Shown: one piece after another, positions 54,296-63,891 of the stretch
Layout: every line of letters starts with the position of its first letter
How positions within the stretch are numbered: position 1 is the stretch's first letter
From: Candidatus Parcubacteria bacterium
GTDB taxonomy: Bacteria > Patescibacteriota > Patescibacteriia > Patescibacteriales > UBA12465
Length of the DNA: 64,000 bases
Assembly: GCA_037076615.1 (NCBI GenBank)
Contig: AP029158.1
Span: forward strand, 5,470 to 69,469
Direction of reading: 5' to 3'
Position numbers and translations under genes: made by a program
Notes under the pieces: model-generated
What the model saw: only the letters and a program-made list of their open reading frames with translations
The model's database searches: none
Told to the model about the DNA's origin: nothing

Positions 54296-54583
54296 TTAAC
54301 GATTTCCCTTTAAAGCTTGTTTGAGGTTGTAGCCAGTTTTAAACTTCGCCACCCTAACCTCAGGAATTGTAATTCGCTGTGAGGGGTTCTGGGGATTTAC
54401 CCCACCCCGAGCATAACGAACCCGCGATAAAAAAGTCCCAAAGCCCGTGATTGTCACCTCACGACCTTCTTTTAGCTCACTGATGATGGTACCGGTAAGA
54501 GCATTTAGAAATTGCTCGGCCTGCTTCTTGGAGGCACCTTCAACTTCCCGGGAAAGCCTCTCAATGAGTTGCGCCTTGTTCAT
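54296..54583 (-). CDS. hup: HU-family DNA-binding protein
   Basis: MNKAQLIERLS..GFGTF..R.AR.GVNPQNP..I.IP...VAKFK.G..LK. Confidence 0.93.
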   Translation of the reverse strand: MNKAQLIERLSREVEGASKKQAEQFLNALTGTIISELKEGREVTITGFGTFLSRVRYARGGVNPQNPSQRITIPEVRVAKFKTGYNLKQALKGNR

Positions 54584-54664
54584 AGATTTAGACTTAATTT
54601 TTAGCTGCTATTATTATAATAAAAGAGAGGCTTTATTTCAAGACTCTCTCGGATTGGATCAGGT

Positions 54665-56179
54665 TTAGCGCGCGTACTCCGTTACCCGTAGTTCTCGGAT
54701 CACATTCACCTTGATTTCTCCAGGATATTTTAATTCTGCTTCTATTTTTTGAGCGATATTGCGAGCAAGTTCGTGTGAATCTAAGTCACTCATTTCTTCA
54801 GAGCGTACAAAAACGCGGACTTCGCGACCGGCTTGAATTGCGTAGGTTTTTTCAACGCCCTCAAACGAAGAGGCAATTTTTTCTAACTCTTCTAAGCGCT
54901 GAATATAATTTTCATAATTATCGCTTCTTGCTCCTGGGCGCGCGGAAGAGATGGCGTCAGCCACTTTAACAATTACAGAAATAAGTGAAGCCGGTTGGTC
55001 ATCATGGTGGGTGGCGATAGGATCAATTAGTTCTTGGGGGAGATTAAACTTCTTGGCGATATCACGGCCGATTTCGGTGTGGGTGCCTTGAACTTCGTGA
55101 TCAACGGCTTTGCCGATATCATGAAGAAGGCCGCCCTTCTTCGCTAAAGTAACATCAGCGCCTAACTCTTCAGCAATAATGGCTGCCAACTGAGCGACTT
55201 CAACGGAGTGGTGGAGCGTATTTTGGCCATAGCTGGTGCGGTATTTTAAGCGACCAATGATTTGAATTAACTTTGGATCAAGGCCGGCAACACCAACTTC
55301 GTATAAAGCTTCTTCGCCCGCCTTCTTAATATCAGTGGCGATATCTTTTTTAGCATTTTCAACGGCATCTTCAATTTTAGTCGGATGAATGCGACCGTCT
55401 TTAATTAAATGGTCTAAAGTTTTCTTGGCGATATGGCGGCGAATCAAAGAGAAGCCCGAGATAGTAATAGCATTCGGGGTGTCATCAACAATAATTTCTG
55501 TCCCTGTGAGTTGTTCAATTGATTTAATATTTCTTCCTTCACGGCCGATAATACGGCCCTTCATTTCATCATTCGGCAAGTCAACGGTAGTCGTGGTTAG
55601 TTCAACGGTGTAGTTAGAAACCATGCGTTGCATCGCTAGAGCCATAATGTCTCGAGCTTTGTCCGCTAAAGTTTCTTCGCCTTCATTTTCTAATTTTTTT
55701 AGACGGACCGCTAAATCTTCGCTGCACTGAGCTTCAACTTTTTTAAGAAGTGCTTCTTTCGCCTCCTCAGGGCTAAGCTCGGCAATTTCGGCCAACTTCT
55801 TTTCCTGTTCTTGTTGAATAGCTTTAATTTCCTCTTTGATACTTTGAACCTCGGCCACTTGGTCGTAGAGTTTTTGTTGCTTCTCTTGAAGATCAAGAAG
55901 TTTTTGGGAAAAAGAATTTTCTCTTTCTTCAACGCGCGCCTGAGCTTGGCTAATTTCTTGCCGCCGTCGCGCCTCTTCTTTTTTAGACTCCTCAATTACT
56001 TTGAGCGCCTTTTCTTGAGCCTGTAAAAGGATTTCTTTTTCCTTTAAAGACGCATCATCTAATAATTTTTTCGCTTTTTGTTCTGAACCACTTAGTTTTT
56101 TGGCGCCGAGACTTTTATAAATTAGATAACCAATAAAAAAGCCGCCGGCCAGAAACAACACATAAAGAATATATTCCAT
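54665..56179 (-). CDS. rny: Ribonuclease Y
   Basis: N-terminal TM, long coiled-coil, KH domain (GRIIGREGRNIK), HD domain (LLHDIGKAVDHE). Confidence 0.95.
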   Translation of the reverse strand: MEYILYVLFLAGGFFIGYLIYKSLGAKKLSGSEQKAKKLLDDASLKEKEILLQAQEKALKVIEESKKEEARRRQEISQAQARVEERENSFSQKLLDLQEKQQKLYDQVAEVQSIKEEIKAIQQEQEKKLAEIAELSPEEAKEALLKKVEAQCSEDLAVRLKKLENEGEETLADKARDIMALAMQRMVSNYTVELTTTTVDLPNDEMKGRIIGREGRNIKSIEQLTGTEIIVDDTPNAITISGFSLIRRHIAKKTLDHLIKDGRIHPTKIEDAVENAKKDIATDIKKAGEEALYEVGVAGLDPKLIQIIGRLKYRTSYGQNTLHHSVEVAQLAAIIAEELGADVTLAKKGGLLHDIGKAVDHEVQGTHTEIGRDIAKKFNLPQELIDPIATHHDDQPASLISVIVKVADAISSARPGARSDNYENYIQRLEELEKIASSFEGVEKTYAIQAGREVRVFVRSEEMSDLDSHELARNIAQKIEAELKYPGEIKVNVIRELRVTEYAR

Positions 56180-56496
56180 ATGATTACGGTTGTTTTTGGA
56201 AAACCGACAGCCGACGCGCCTGCTTCTAAAAAATTAGAGCCGGGTAGAATATTATATTGATAGCTAAACTAGAAACAGAGATTAAAAAACTAAAAATATT
56301 AAGCGACGGAAAACAGGGGTTAAGTTCCAGAAACAACCTGATTAAAAATCTTATGCTTCTAGCCTAGCATTAAATCGCCACTTTGTAAAGATAATTTTTT
56401 CTAGCTTTAAACCCTAATATTTGACGAAAAAGCCCAATTAGTGTAAACTTTAGGCAGTTTCTGGCGACTAACGCCCGATTTTAATTGAGAAAAACT

Positions 56497-58473
56497 ATGA
56501 ATATATCAGAATTAGCGCGCCAATTGAAAGTAAACCCCCAAGAACTTCGTGACCTTTTGCCCACAATTGGTTTTAATATTGGCCAAAAAGCCATCAAAAT
56601 TGATAATAACACCGCCAAAAAAATTATTAAAAACTGGCCTATTTTTAGACGTCGTTTAGAGATGGAGCGAGCGGCCGCCTCGGCTAAAGAGCGAGAAGAA
56701 CGGGATTTGCCTAAAGAAAAGAAGCCAATTACGGTCCCGGCTACAGTTACTGTTCGTAACTTTTCTGAATTAGCTGGTATTCCAGTTAATCGAGTTTTAT
56801 CAGAGCTGATGAAGAATGGCGTTTTTGCTTCAATTAATGAAAAAATAGATTTTGATACCGCGGCCATTATTGGTACTGGTTTAAATTTAGAAGTTCAACC
56901 TGAGGCAGAAACAGATTTAGTCGATGAGGTTAGTGAAGAGAAAAAGCTTCAGGGAATTATTGACCAAGAAGACAAAAGTGATTTAGAGGATCGGTCGCCC
57001 GTTGTGGTGGTAATGGGCCACGTCGATCACGGTAAAACTAAATTATTAGATTCGATTCGCTTAACTGATGTGGCTTCTGAAGAGGCGGGCGGAATTACCC
57101 AGCATATTGGCGCCTATCAGATTAAGCGTCAGGGCCACAAAATGACCTTTATTGATACGCCTGGACACGAAGCTTTCACCGCGATGCGTAGTCGTGGTGC
57201 TAAGGTTGCCGATATCGCAATTTTGGTTGTCGCTGCTGATGACGGCGTTAAACCGCAAACAGTTGAAGCTTGCCGCATTATTGAAGCCGCCAAGGTCCCA
57301 TTTTTAGTGGCAATCAATAAGATGGATAAACCGGAAGCGAATTTAGATAAGACCAAACAAGAGCTCTCTTCCGTTTTAGGAATTACCCCTGAAGATTGGG
57401 GTGGAAAAACTATCTGTGTGCCCATTTCGGCTAAAGAGGGTACTGGTATTGAGGAATTATTAGACGTGGTTTTATTGCTAGCTGAAACTGAAAGCCAAAA
57501 CATGAAAGCCAACCCTAGCGCTTTAGCGGCTGGTACGGTCATTGAATCTAATGTCGATAAAGGCGCCGGTCCGGTGGCGACAATTCTGGTGCAAAATGGC
57601 ACTTTACGTGTTGGCGATCAACTTTGCTTTAATGAGATTATTTATGGCAAAGTTAAATCTTTAAAAAATCATTTGGGTGAAGAGGTGGCTGAGGCTGGTC
57701 CTTCGGTGCCGGTTAAAATTTTAGGATTAAAAATTTCTCCCGAGATCGGTGATATTTTAGAAGTGGGCGCCGGCATCAGAGTGAAGAATAAAAAAATGAG
57801 AACTGCTTCTGGGCAGACGGTAAAATCGGCGATGTCGATGGCCTCTTCCGAGACTGATGATGATGTCCCGCAGATTAACTTAGTTATTAAAGCCGACTTT
57901 TTAGGTTCCGCCGAGGCGATTGAAGAATCGCTGATGAAATTAAATACTGAAAAAGTCCGGGTCAAAATCCTCGCTAAGGGTTTAGGTAATATTACTGAGG
58001 GTGATGTGCGCCGCGCCGAAGATTCGGGGGCGGAGATTGTTGGCTTTAATGTCCGTTTGACGGCACCGATTGAAAACTTGGTTCGCGAAAAAGGCGTGCC
58101 GGTAAAAATCTACTCAGTCATTTATGATTTGATAAAAGACATGCGCGAGAAGATGAAAAAGATGATTAAGGTGGAAATGAAACGAGTTGCTGAGGGGCGC
58201 ATTAAAGTGTTAGCAATTTTTAGAACGGAGAATGATAGTCAGATTGTTGGTGGTCGCGTTTTAGATGGTTATGTCAGAAGTGGTAGCTCGGTAGATATTA
58301 AGCGCGCGGGCGAAATTGTGGCCACTAAAAAAATTGCGCAACTGCAAAGTGGTAAATTAGATGTTAAAGAGATTCAAACAAATGATGAGTGCGGTCTGCT
58401 TTTTGAGGGGCAGCCGATCATTGAAGAGGGCGATATTTTAGAAGCTTATCACGAAGAAGAAATTAAAGATTAA
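56497..58473 (+). CDS. infB: Translation initiation factor IF-2
   Basis: G-domain GHVDHGKTKLLD, DTPGHEAF, NKMDK, and the C-terminal IF2 domains. The ATG at 56497 is preferred over the TTG at 56485. Confidence 0.95.
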   Translation: MNISELARQLKVNPQELRDLLPTIGFNIGQKAIKIDNNTAKKIIKNWPIFRRRLEMERAAASAKEREERDLPKEKKPITVPATVTVRNFSELAGIPVNRVLSELMKNGVFASINEKIDFDTAAIIGTGLNLEVQPEAETDLVDEVSEEKKLQGIIDQEDKSDLEDRSPVVVVMGHVDHGKTKLLDSIRLTDVASEEAGGITQHIGAYQIKRQGHKMTFIDTPGHEAFTAMRSRGAKVADIAILVVAADDGVKPQTVEACRIIEAAKVPFLVAINKMDKPEANLDKTKQELSSVLGITPEDWGGKTICVPISAKEGTGIEELLDVVLLLAETESQNMKANPSALAAGTVIESNVDKGAGPVATILVQNGTLRVGDQLCFNEIIYGKVKSLKNHLGEEVAEAGPSVPVKILGLKISPEIGDILEVGAGIRVKNKKMRTASGQTVKSAMSMASSETDDDVPQINLVIKADFLGSAEAIEESLMKLNTEKVRVKILAKGLGNITEGDVRRAEDSGAEIVGFNVRLTAPIENLVREKGVPVKIYSVIYDLIKDMREKMKKMIKVEMKRVAEGRIKVLAIFRTENDSQIVGGRVLDGYVRSGSSVDIKRAGEIVATKKIAQLQSGKLDVKEIQTNDECGLLFEGQPIIEEGDILEAYHEEEIKD

Positions 58474-58476
58474 TTT

Positions 58477-58800
58477 ATGTCACAGGCCCGCCTAAATCAT
58501 GTTTTGCGCGAGGAGTTAGCCGCCGTTATTAGTCGTGAGGTTGCTTTGCCCGGGGTTTTAATTACCGTGGTCTACGTTTTGGGCTCGGTTGACCAGAAAG
58601 CGGCAACGGTGGGGGTTTCCGTGTTGCCCGATAATCAAGCGGGCACGGCGCTAGCGGCTTTAAAAAAATCCGCTCGGATGATTGCTTCGTCCTTAGCTAA
58701 AAAAATCCGCTTACGACAGATTCCCCGCCTTAATTTTGTTTTTGATTCGACTGAAAAAGAAGCTGCCGCCTTAGAAGAGTATCTGGGTAATTTAGAATAA
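58477..58800 (+). CDS. rbfA: Ribosome-binding factor A
   Basis: RLNHVLREELAAVISREV.. in the canonical position right after infB. Confidence 0.85.
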   Translation: MSQARLNHVLREELAAVISREVALPGVLITVVYVLGSVDQKAATVGVSVLPDNQAGTALAALKKSARMIASSLAKKIRLRQIPRLNFVFDSTEKEAAALEEYLGNLE

Positions 58801-58826
58801 AAACCTGTAAAACAATAGCGTTTTCG

Positions 58827-58851
58827 TCCAGCCTCCGGGCTGGACTTTTTA
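58827..58851 (+). terminator. Intrinsic terminator after rbfA
   Basis: GTCCAGCC-TCCG-GGCTGGAC followed by T5. Confidence 0.8.
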
Positions 58852-58901
58852 TTGCTTTACTATTAAGATAGTAGGCTTTAGATAAATTCGTCGCCAAGCT
58901 T

Positions 58902-59921
58902 ATGCCTAAAAGAAAAATACTTTATCATAAAATTTTTCAAAAATTTGTTAGCGCCAAAAATCTTTTAATTGTGGGGCATCTTAATCCTGACGGCGATGCC
59001 TTTTCTTCAGTTTGTGCTTTGCTGGAGCTGGCGGAAAGATATGAAATTCCGGCTCGGGCTTTTTGTTTGGGATCTAAAGGTGCCGGAGCTTTTGACTACC
59101 TCCCGCATATTCATAAAATCGCGGTGACTTCCGAGCCCTTAGGTGATTTAAAGGCTTATGATGCGATTATTGCTGTTGACTGTGGCTCTTTAGCCCGCAC
59201 TAGTTTAGCCGAGGAGATTAGCTCTCTAAAAAATGAACCGAGGCGACCGCTTTTAATTGAATTTGACCATCATCCGAGCGCTGAGCACTGGTCGGATCTT
59301 GAGGCACGCTGGCCGGAAAAAGCAGCGACCGCGGAAATTATTCATGATTTTTTGGCAGCCAATGATCAAGAAATTAATCGTGATTTAGCGGACTGCATTT
59401 TAACCGGCCTGCTTTCTGATACCGGCAATTTTTTATATTCCAAAACCAGTATCGCCAATCTAAGTATTGCTTCAGAGATGGTCGCTCGCGGTGCCCGTTT
59501 CGCTAAAATTGTTGATCGCTTAATTCATAATCAGAGTTTACTGACGATGAAGCTTTGGGGACTAGCACTTAACAATTTGCGGCTCAATAAAAGATATAAT
59601 TTAGCTTTTTCTGTTTTAACGCGTCTGGAAGTGGAAGAAGTTTTAAAAGATGCCCCCCCTGAAGAATTAAATCGTTTTTCGGGGCAAGATATTTTTGGCG
59701 AAATTGCTGGTTGGCTAAGTAATCTTTCCGGAGTCTCAGCGATTATGCTTTTACGTGAAGAGCCAGAAGGGGTAGTTAAAGGGAGTCTGCGCAGCGCCCA
59801 AGACGGCCTTGATGTTTCAAAATTAGCGAATAAGTTTGGCGGCGGCGGCCACCCCAAAGCCTCAGGCTTTACCATTAGTGGCCACCTCTTAAAAGAAGGT
59901 GATAAATGGAAGATTGTTTAA
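58902..59921 (+). CDS. DHH/DHHA1 phosphoesterase (NrnA-like oligoribonuclease/pAp phosphatase)
   Basis: GHLNPDGDAFSS, AVDCGS, FDHHPS, DTGNF, GGGHPKASG. Confidence 0.85.
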   Translation: MPKRKILYHKIFQKFVSAKNLLIVGHLNPDGDAFSSVCALLELAERYEIPARAFCLGSKGAGAFDYLPHIHKIAVTSEPLGDLKAYDAIIAVDCGSLARTSLAEEISSLKNEPRRPLLIEFDHHPSAEHWSDLEARWPEKAATAEIIHDFLAANDQEINRDLADCILTGLLSDTGNFLYSKTSIANLSIASEMVARGARFAKIVDRLIHNQSLLTMKLWGLALNNLRLNKRYNLAFSVLTRLEVEEVLKDAPPEELNRFSGQDIFGEIAGWLSNLSGVSAIMLLREEPEGVVKGSLRSAQDGLDVSKLANKFGGGGHPKASGFTISGHLLKEGDKWKIV

Positions 59922-59947
59922 AAAAACGGCCGCGGCCGTTTTTTTAT
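59922..59947. terminator. Bidirectional intrinsic terminator
   Basis: Perfect palindrome A6-CGGCCGCGGCCG-T7 between convergent genes. Confidence 0.8.
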
Positions 59948-59950
59948 AGA

Positions 59951-60613
59951 TTATTTTTTCTTCCGCTGCGCTTTTTTCCAAGCCGCGATTTTAGCGTGAT
60001 CGCCGGAAAGCAGAATCTCGGGAACCAGATATTTTTTTCCTTCAACTTCTAAAATTGGCGGTTTAGTGTACTGAGGATATTCTAAGACACCTATTTCCGA
60101 ATGTGATTCGTCAGCTAAACTAGCGCTATTTCCTAAAACGTTAGGAAGGAGGCGAGAGATTGAATCCATGATGATTAAGGCTGGTAATTCACCGCCGGTT
60201 AAAATATAATCACCAACGGAAATTTCTTCATCAACAAAATTGCGTACCCGCTCGTCAATGCCTTCAAAGCGGCCGCAAACAAAAACAACCTCTTCTAGCT
60301 CACTGTATTCTTGTGCTTTGGCCTGAGTCCAGGTTTCACCGCTAGCGGAGAGCAGGACAACTTTTCTTTTTTGGGCAGTGCTTTTCTTTTTGATATCACT
60401 TAGAGCCGCTTGCCAGATATCAGCCCTCATAATCATGCCCGCTCCGCCCCCATAGGGAGTGTCGTCAACGCTATGATAATTATCAGTGCTCCAAGCCCTT
60501 AAATCATAAGCCTCAAAACTAATTAGATTCTGATCTTGAGCACGTTTTAAAATCCCTGCTTGTAAGTAGGAATTAAAAATTTCTGGATAAATGGAGATCG
60601 CTTTAAAATTCAT
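59951..60613 (-). CDS. trmD: tRNA (guanine37-N1)-methyltransferase TrmD
   Basis: VDDTPYGGGAGMIM, LSASGE, CGRFEGIDERV, SVGDYILTGGELPA. Confidence 0.95.
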   Translation of the reverse strand: MNFKAISIYPEIFNSYLQAGILKRAQDQNLISFEAYDLRAWSTDNYHSVDDTPYGGGAGMIMRADIWQAALSDIKKKSTAQKRKVVLLSASGETWTQAKAQEYSELEEVVFVCGRFEGIDERVRNFVDEEISVGDYILTGGELPALIIMDSISRLLPNVLGNSASLADESHSEIGVLEYPQYTKPPILEVEGKKYLVPEILLSGDHAKIAAWKKAQRKKK

Positions 60614-60681
60614 AGGTAATTACTTAAGCTCATTATAACAGAAAAGCCCCGCTTCGCGGGGCTTTTCAAGAATATATTTAG

Positions 60682-61029
60682 TTAGATGCGTAAATCATCA
60701 ATGGCTGATTCTAAATCGCTTCCTTCGCTAGGAGCGTCTTCAGTCTTTTCCGCTACGGGGTGCTGTTCGTATCTCTTGCCACCTTCCGGGTCATAAATTT
60801 TTAAATTTACGCGGGAGTTGTTCTTAGCACCAACGATTTTTAATAAGGTGCGAATTGCTTGCGCGGTTTGCCCCTTGCGTCCGATGACATAACCCATGTC
60901 AGCCGGATTGATTTTTAGGGTCAAAAGCACCCCCATTTCGTCTACCGTGCGATCTACTTGGACATCATCTGGGTTGCTGACGATGTTCTTTACGATCATT
61001 TCTAAGAATTGCTTGTCTTGAGCTTCCAT
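60682..61029 (-). CDS. KH-domain RNA-binding protein (YlqC/UPF0109-like) with acidic C-terminal extension
   Basis: LTLKINPADMGYVIGRKGQTAQAIRTLLK. Located between rpsP and trmD as in many bacteria. Confidence 0.85.
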   Translation of the reverse strand: MEAQDKQFLEMIVKNIVSNPDDVQVDRTVDEMGVLLTLKINPADMGYVIGRKGQTAQAIRTLLKIVGAKNNSRVNLKIYDPEGGKRYEQHPVAEKTEDAPSEGSDLESAIDDLRI

Positions 61030-61122
61030 AATTTTGTTTTTCCTTCTCAGTTTAATGAAAACATTGAACAGAAAAGAATGTTAATTATATAAATAACTGC
61101 TAAAGGCAGCTAAGTAATAGCT

Positions 61123-61539
61123 TTAAGCGGTCGTTTCCTCTTTTGGAGCCTCTTCAGCAACAGGAGCCTCTTCAGCAACAGGAGCCTCCTCTTTAGGAGT
61201 CTCTGGGGCTGGAGCTGCTTCTTTCTGCTTGTCGGCTTTTGCCTTCTTCTGCGCGGCCCGTTTTTCACTAGACTTGGTTTTTTTGTTCGGAACAATCTTC
61301 TCCCGATCAATAACGCCGTGAGTAACTAGTAAATTGTTGACCGTGTTTGTCATCTGCGCTCCTTTTGAGAGCCAGTAAGTGACGCGATCATTTTTTACTG
61401 CTAACTTTTTTTGATACTGATCGTAAGATCCTAGAACCTCTAAGGCGCGGCCATAAGGATCGCGACCCTTTTCGGTAATAATCATCCGGAACAGTTTGTG
61501 GTTTTTCTTTCCTAATTTGGATAATTTGATGGTTAACAT
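61123..61539 (-). CDS. rpsP: 30S ribosomal protein S16 with about 50-aa Lys/Glu/Ala/Pro tail
   Basis: MLTIKLSKLGKKNHKLFRMIITEKGRDPYGRALE.LG.YD. The tail contains EEAPVAEEAPVAEEAP. Confidence 0.93.
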   Translation of the reverse strand: MLTIKLSKLGKKNHKLFRMIITEKGRDPYGRALEVLGSYDQYQKKLAVKNDRVTYWLSKGAQMTNTVNNLLVTHGVIDREKIVPNKKTKSSEKRAAQKKAKADKQKEAAPAPETPKEEAPVAEEAPVAEEAPKEETTA

Positions 61540-61620
61540 AATTTCTTATAGTCTTTCAGTTATGGCCGAAGCGGCAATTAACAAACCAATTCTAACCAAA
61601 TACTGATAAAAAGTCAATTT

Positions 61621-63891
61621 TTAAGATCGTGGTCTAAATGACCCCGGGCGTCCGCCACGAGAACCGTCGGGACGCTTATTAAAGTGGTTCAGTTTTCGTT
61701 CAAAATTACCACCTCCTTGGGATTTTCCTTTTTCGTCTTTCCAAAGAGCTTCGTTTTCGGCTAAACCTTTCATGGTTAAGTTGATTCGGCCTTGGTCGTC
61801 AATTTCTCGGACCCGGACCATAACCTCATCACCAATGCTTAAAAAGTCACTGGGCTTTTCTACTCGGTAAGGGGCTAATTCACTTACATGAACCATGCCG
61901 TCTTGGTTAGGGGTCAGGGCAACAAAAGCGCCGAAGTCTAATAGACGAACGACCTTGCCTTTTACCTGGTCACCAACCTTAAACTCTTTTACAATGTCTT
62001 GTAAACGGGAAAGGGCTAAGGCAACCATCGCGGCATCATTGCCGCACACCATTACTAAACCGTTGTCCTCAATGTCAATGCTGACGGTATCACCAGTTTC
62101 ATCAATAATTCCATTAATAGTTTTTCCGCCCGGCCCAATAATGGCACCAATCTTTTCTGGGTCAATCATGAAGCTGGTAATTCGGGGTGCGTAAGGAGAC
62201 AGGTCTGGTCGGGGAGCAGCAATTGCGCCCTTTAAAACCGTTAAAATTTGATTTAAAGCTTCGCGGCCTTGGATGATGGTCTTTTTAATCATTTCCGGAC
62301 TTAAACCAATGCTCTTAGTGTCTAGCTGAATGGCGGTTAAACCATTGTCGGTGCCGGTAATTTTAAAGTCCATGCCCCCCTCGCCGTCTTCTAAATCTTG
62401 AATATCGGTAATAATTTTCCATTGGCTCATATCAGGGTTTGAGGCTAAGCCCATAGCAATTCCGGCGACCGGTTTTTTAAGCGGTACCCCAGCATCCATT
62501 AAAGCTAAAGTGGAAGCGCAGGTAGAAGCCATTGAGGAAGAACCATTGGATCCTAGGGTCTCGGAAACGACGCGAATTGTATAGGGAAAATCTTCCTTCT
62601 CTGGCAGTAAAGGCATAATTGCCTTTTCCGCTAGAGCACCATGGCCAATTTCGCGACGGCCGGTACCGCGTAAAGGAGAAACTTCACCAACCGAATAAGG
62701 CGGGAAGTTGTAATGGTGCATGTAGCGTTTTTTACTGGTGCCTTCAATCCCTTCTAAGGATTGCTCTAATCCTGGTGCCCCTAAAGTAACAATAGACATC
62801 ACTTGAGTTTCGCCGCGCGAGAATAAGGAAGAGCCGTGAACACGTGGTAAAATAGCGACATCCGCTAATAGGGTGCGAATCTCGGTTAATTTTCGACCGT
62901 CAACTCGGCGGTCATCCTCTAAAATCGCCCGGGTAACTTCGACATCAACCATTTTTTCTACTAATTTACCAATTACCCATTGGCGTTCGGAGCGACTTAC
63001 TTTTTGGTCAAATAAATGTTGATCTAATTGGTTTTTTATTTCCGCGACGGCCGCTTTGCGTTCTTTTTTAGTATAATAAGAACCGTCAAATAAAATTCCC
63101 GGAATAATTGTTTTTAACCAAGTTGCCGAATTATCCAATAAAGTCTTTTTTGCTTCTTCGGCTTCTAACTCTTCGGTAGTTTTTAGGATTTCTTTTTTTG
63201 CCTTTAATTCCGGCTTTAATTCCGCCTTCATTTTACTGATTAAATCAAGCGCCCCTTGCATCTTATCTAAGCCGGCGACAATTGCCTCGGAAACGACTTC
63301 ATCAGCAATATCGGTTGCGGCGGCCTCTAACATTAACAGTCGCCCGGCAGTTCCGGAAACAATAATATCCAGGTCGCTTAAGACTTGTTGTTTGTAAGTA
63401 GGATTGAAGACTAGTTCGCCGCCAATTCGGCCAACACGAACTCCGCTGATAGGACCGGCCCAGTCCACTCCTGAGATTGATAGTGCTGCCGAAGCCGCCA
63501 GCAAAGAAACAATATCGTAGTCATTTTCATTGTCTACCGCTAAAACGGAAACAATTACTTGAACATCACGACGATCTTCTTGGTTAAATAAAGGGCGAAT
63601 GGCGCGGTCAATCATGCGGCCAGTCAAAACTGATTGGTCGGTCGGCCGACCCTCGCGTTTAACCCACTGTGAACCTTTAATGATCCCAGCGGCGTAAAGC
63701 TTTTCTTCAAAATCAACCATGAGAGGGAAGAAATCTACCCCCTCGCGTTCCGCTTTCGCTTGAACAACGTTAGCCATTACGACGGTTTCGCCGTATTGGA
63801 CAACTACGGAGGCGTCAGCATGAAGGGCGACGCGTCCAGTTTTGATGGTGAGTTCATGACCCAACCACTCCGTCTTAAAAATCTGTTCCAT
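61621..63891 (-). CDS. pnp: Polyribonucleotide nucleotidyltransferase (PNPase) with RGG-like C-terminal tail
   Basis: Two RNase PH domains (FSRGETQ, GRREIGHGALAE, SNGSSSMA), KH (IGPGGKTIN), S1 (GDQVKGKVVRLLDFGAFV), and a tail ..GGGNFERK..GSRGGRPGSFRPRS. Confidence 0.97.
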   Translation of the reverse strand: MEQIFKTEWLGHELTIKTGRVALHADASVVVQYGETVVMANVVQAKAEREGVDFFPLMVDFEEKLYAAGIIKGSQWVKREGRPTDQSVLTGRMIDRAIRPLFNQEDRRDVQVIVSVLAVDNENDYDIVSLLAASAALSISGVDWAGPISGVRVGRIGGELVFNPTYKQQVLSDLDIIVSGTAGRLLMLEAAATDIADEVVSEAIVAGLDKMQGALDLISKMKAELKPELKAKKEILKTTEELEAEEAKKTLLDNSATWLKTIIPGILFDGSYYTKKERKAAVAEIKNQLDQHLFDQKVSRSERQWVIGKLVEKMVDVEVTRAILEDDRRVDGRKLTEIRTLLADVAILPRVHGSSLFSRGETQVMSIVTLGAPGLEQSLEGIEGTSKKRYMHHYNFPPYSVGEVSPLRGTGRREIGHGALAEKAIMPLLPEKEDFPYTIRVVSETLGSNGSSSMASTCASTLALMDAGVPLKKPVAGIAMGLASNPDMSQWKIITDIQDLEDGEGGMDFKITGTDNGLTAIQLDTKSIGLSPEMIKKTIIQGREALNQILTVLKGAIAAPRPDLSPYAPRITSFMIDPEKIGAIIGPGGKTINGIIDETGDTVSIDIEDNGLVMVCGNDAAMVALALSRLQDIVKEFKVGDQVKGKVVRLLDFGAFVALTPNQDGMVHVSELAPYRVEKPSDFLSIGDEVMVRVREIDDQGRINLTMKGLAENEALWKDEKGKSQGGGNFERKLNHFNKRPDGSRGGRPGSFRPRS

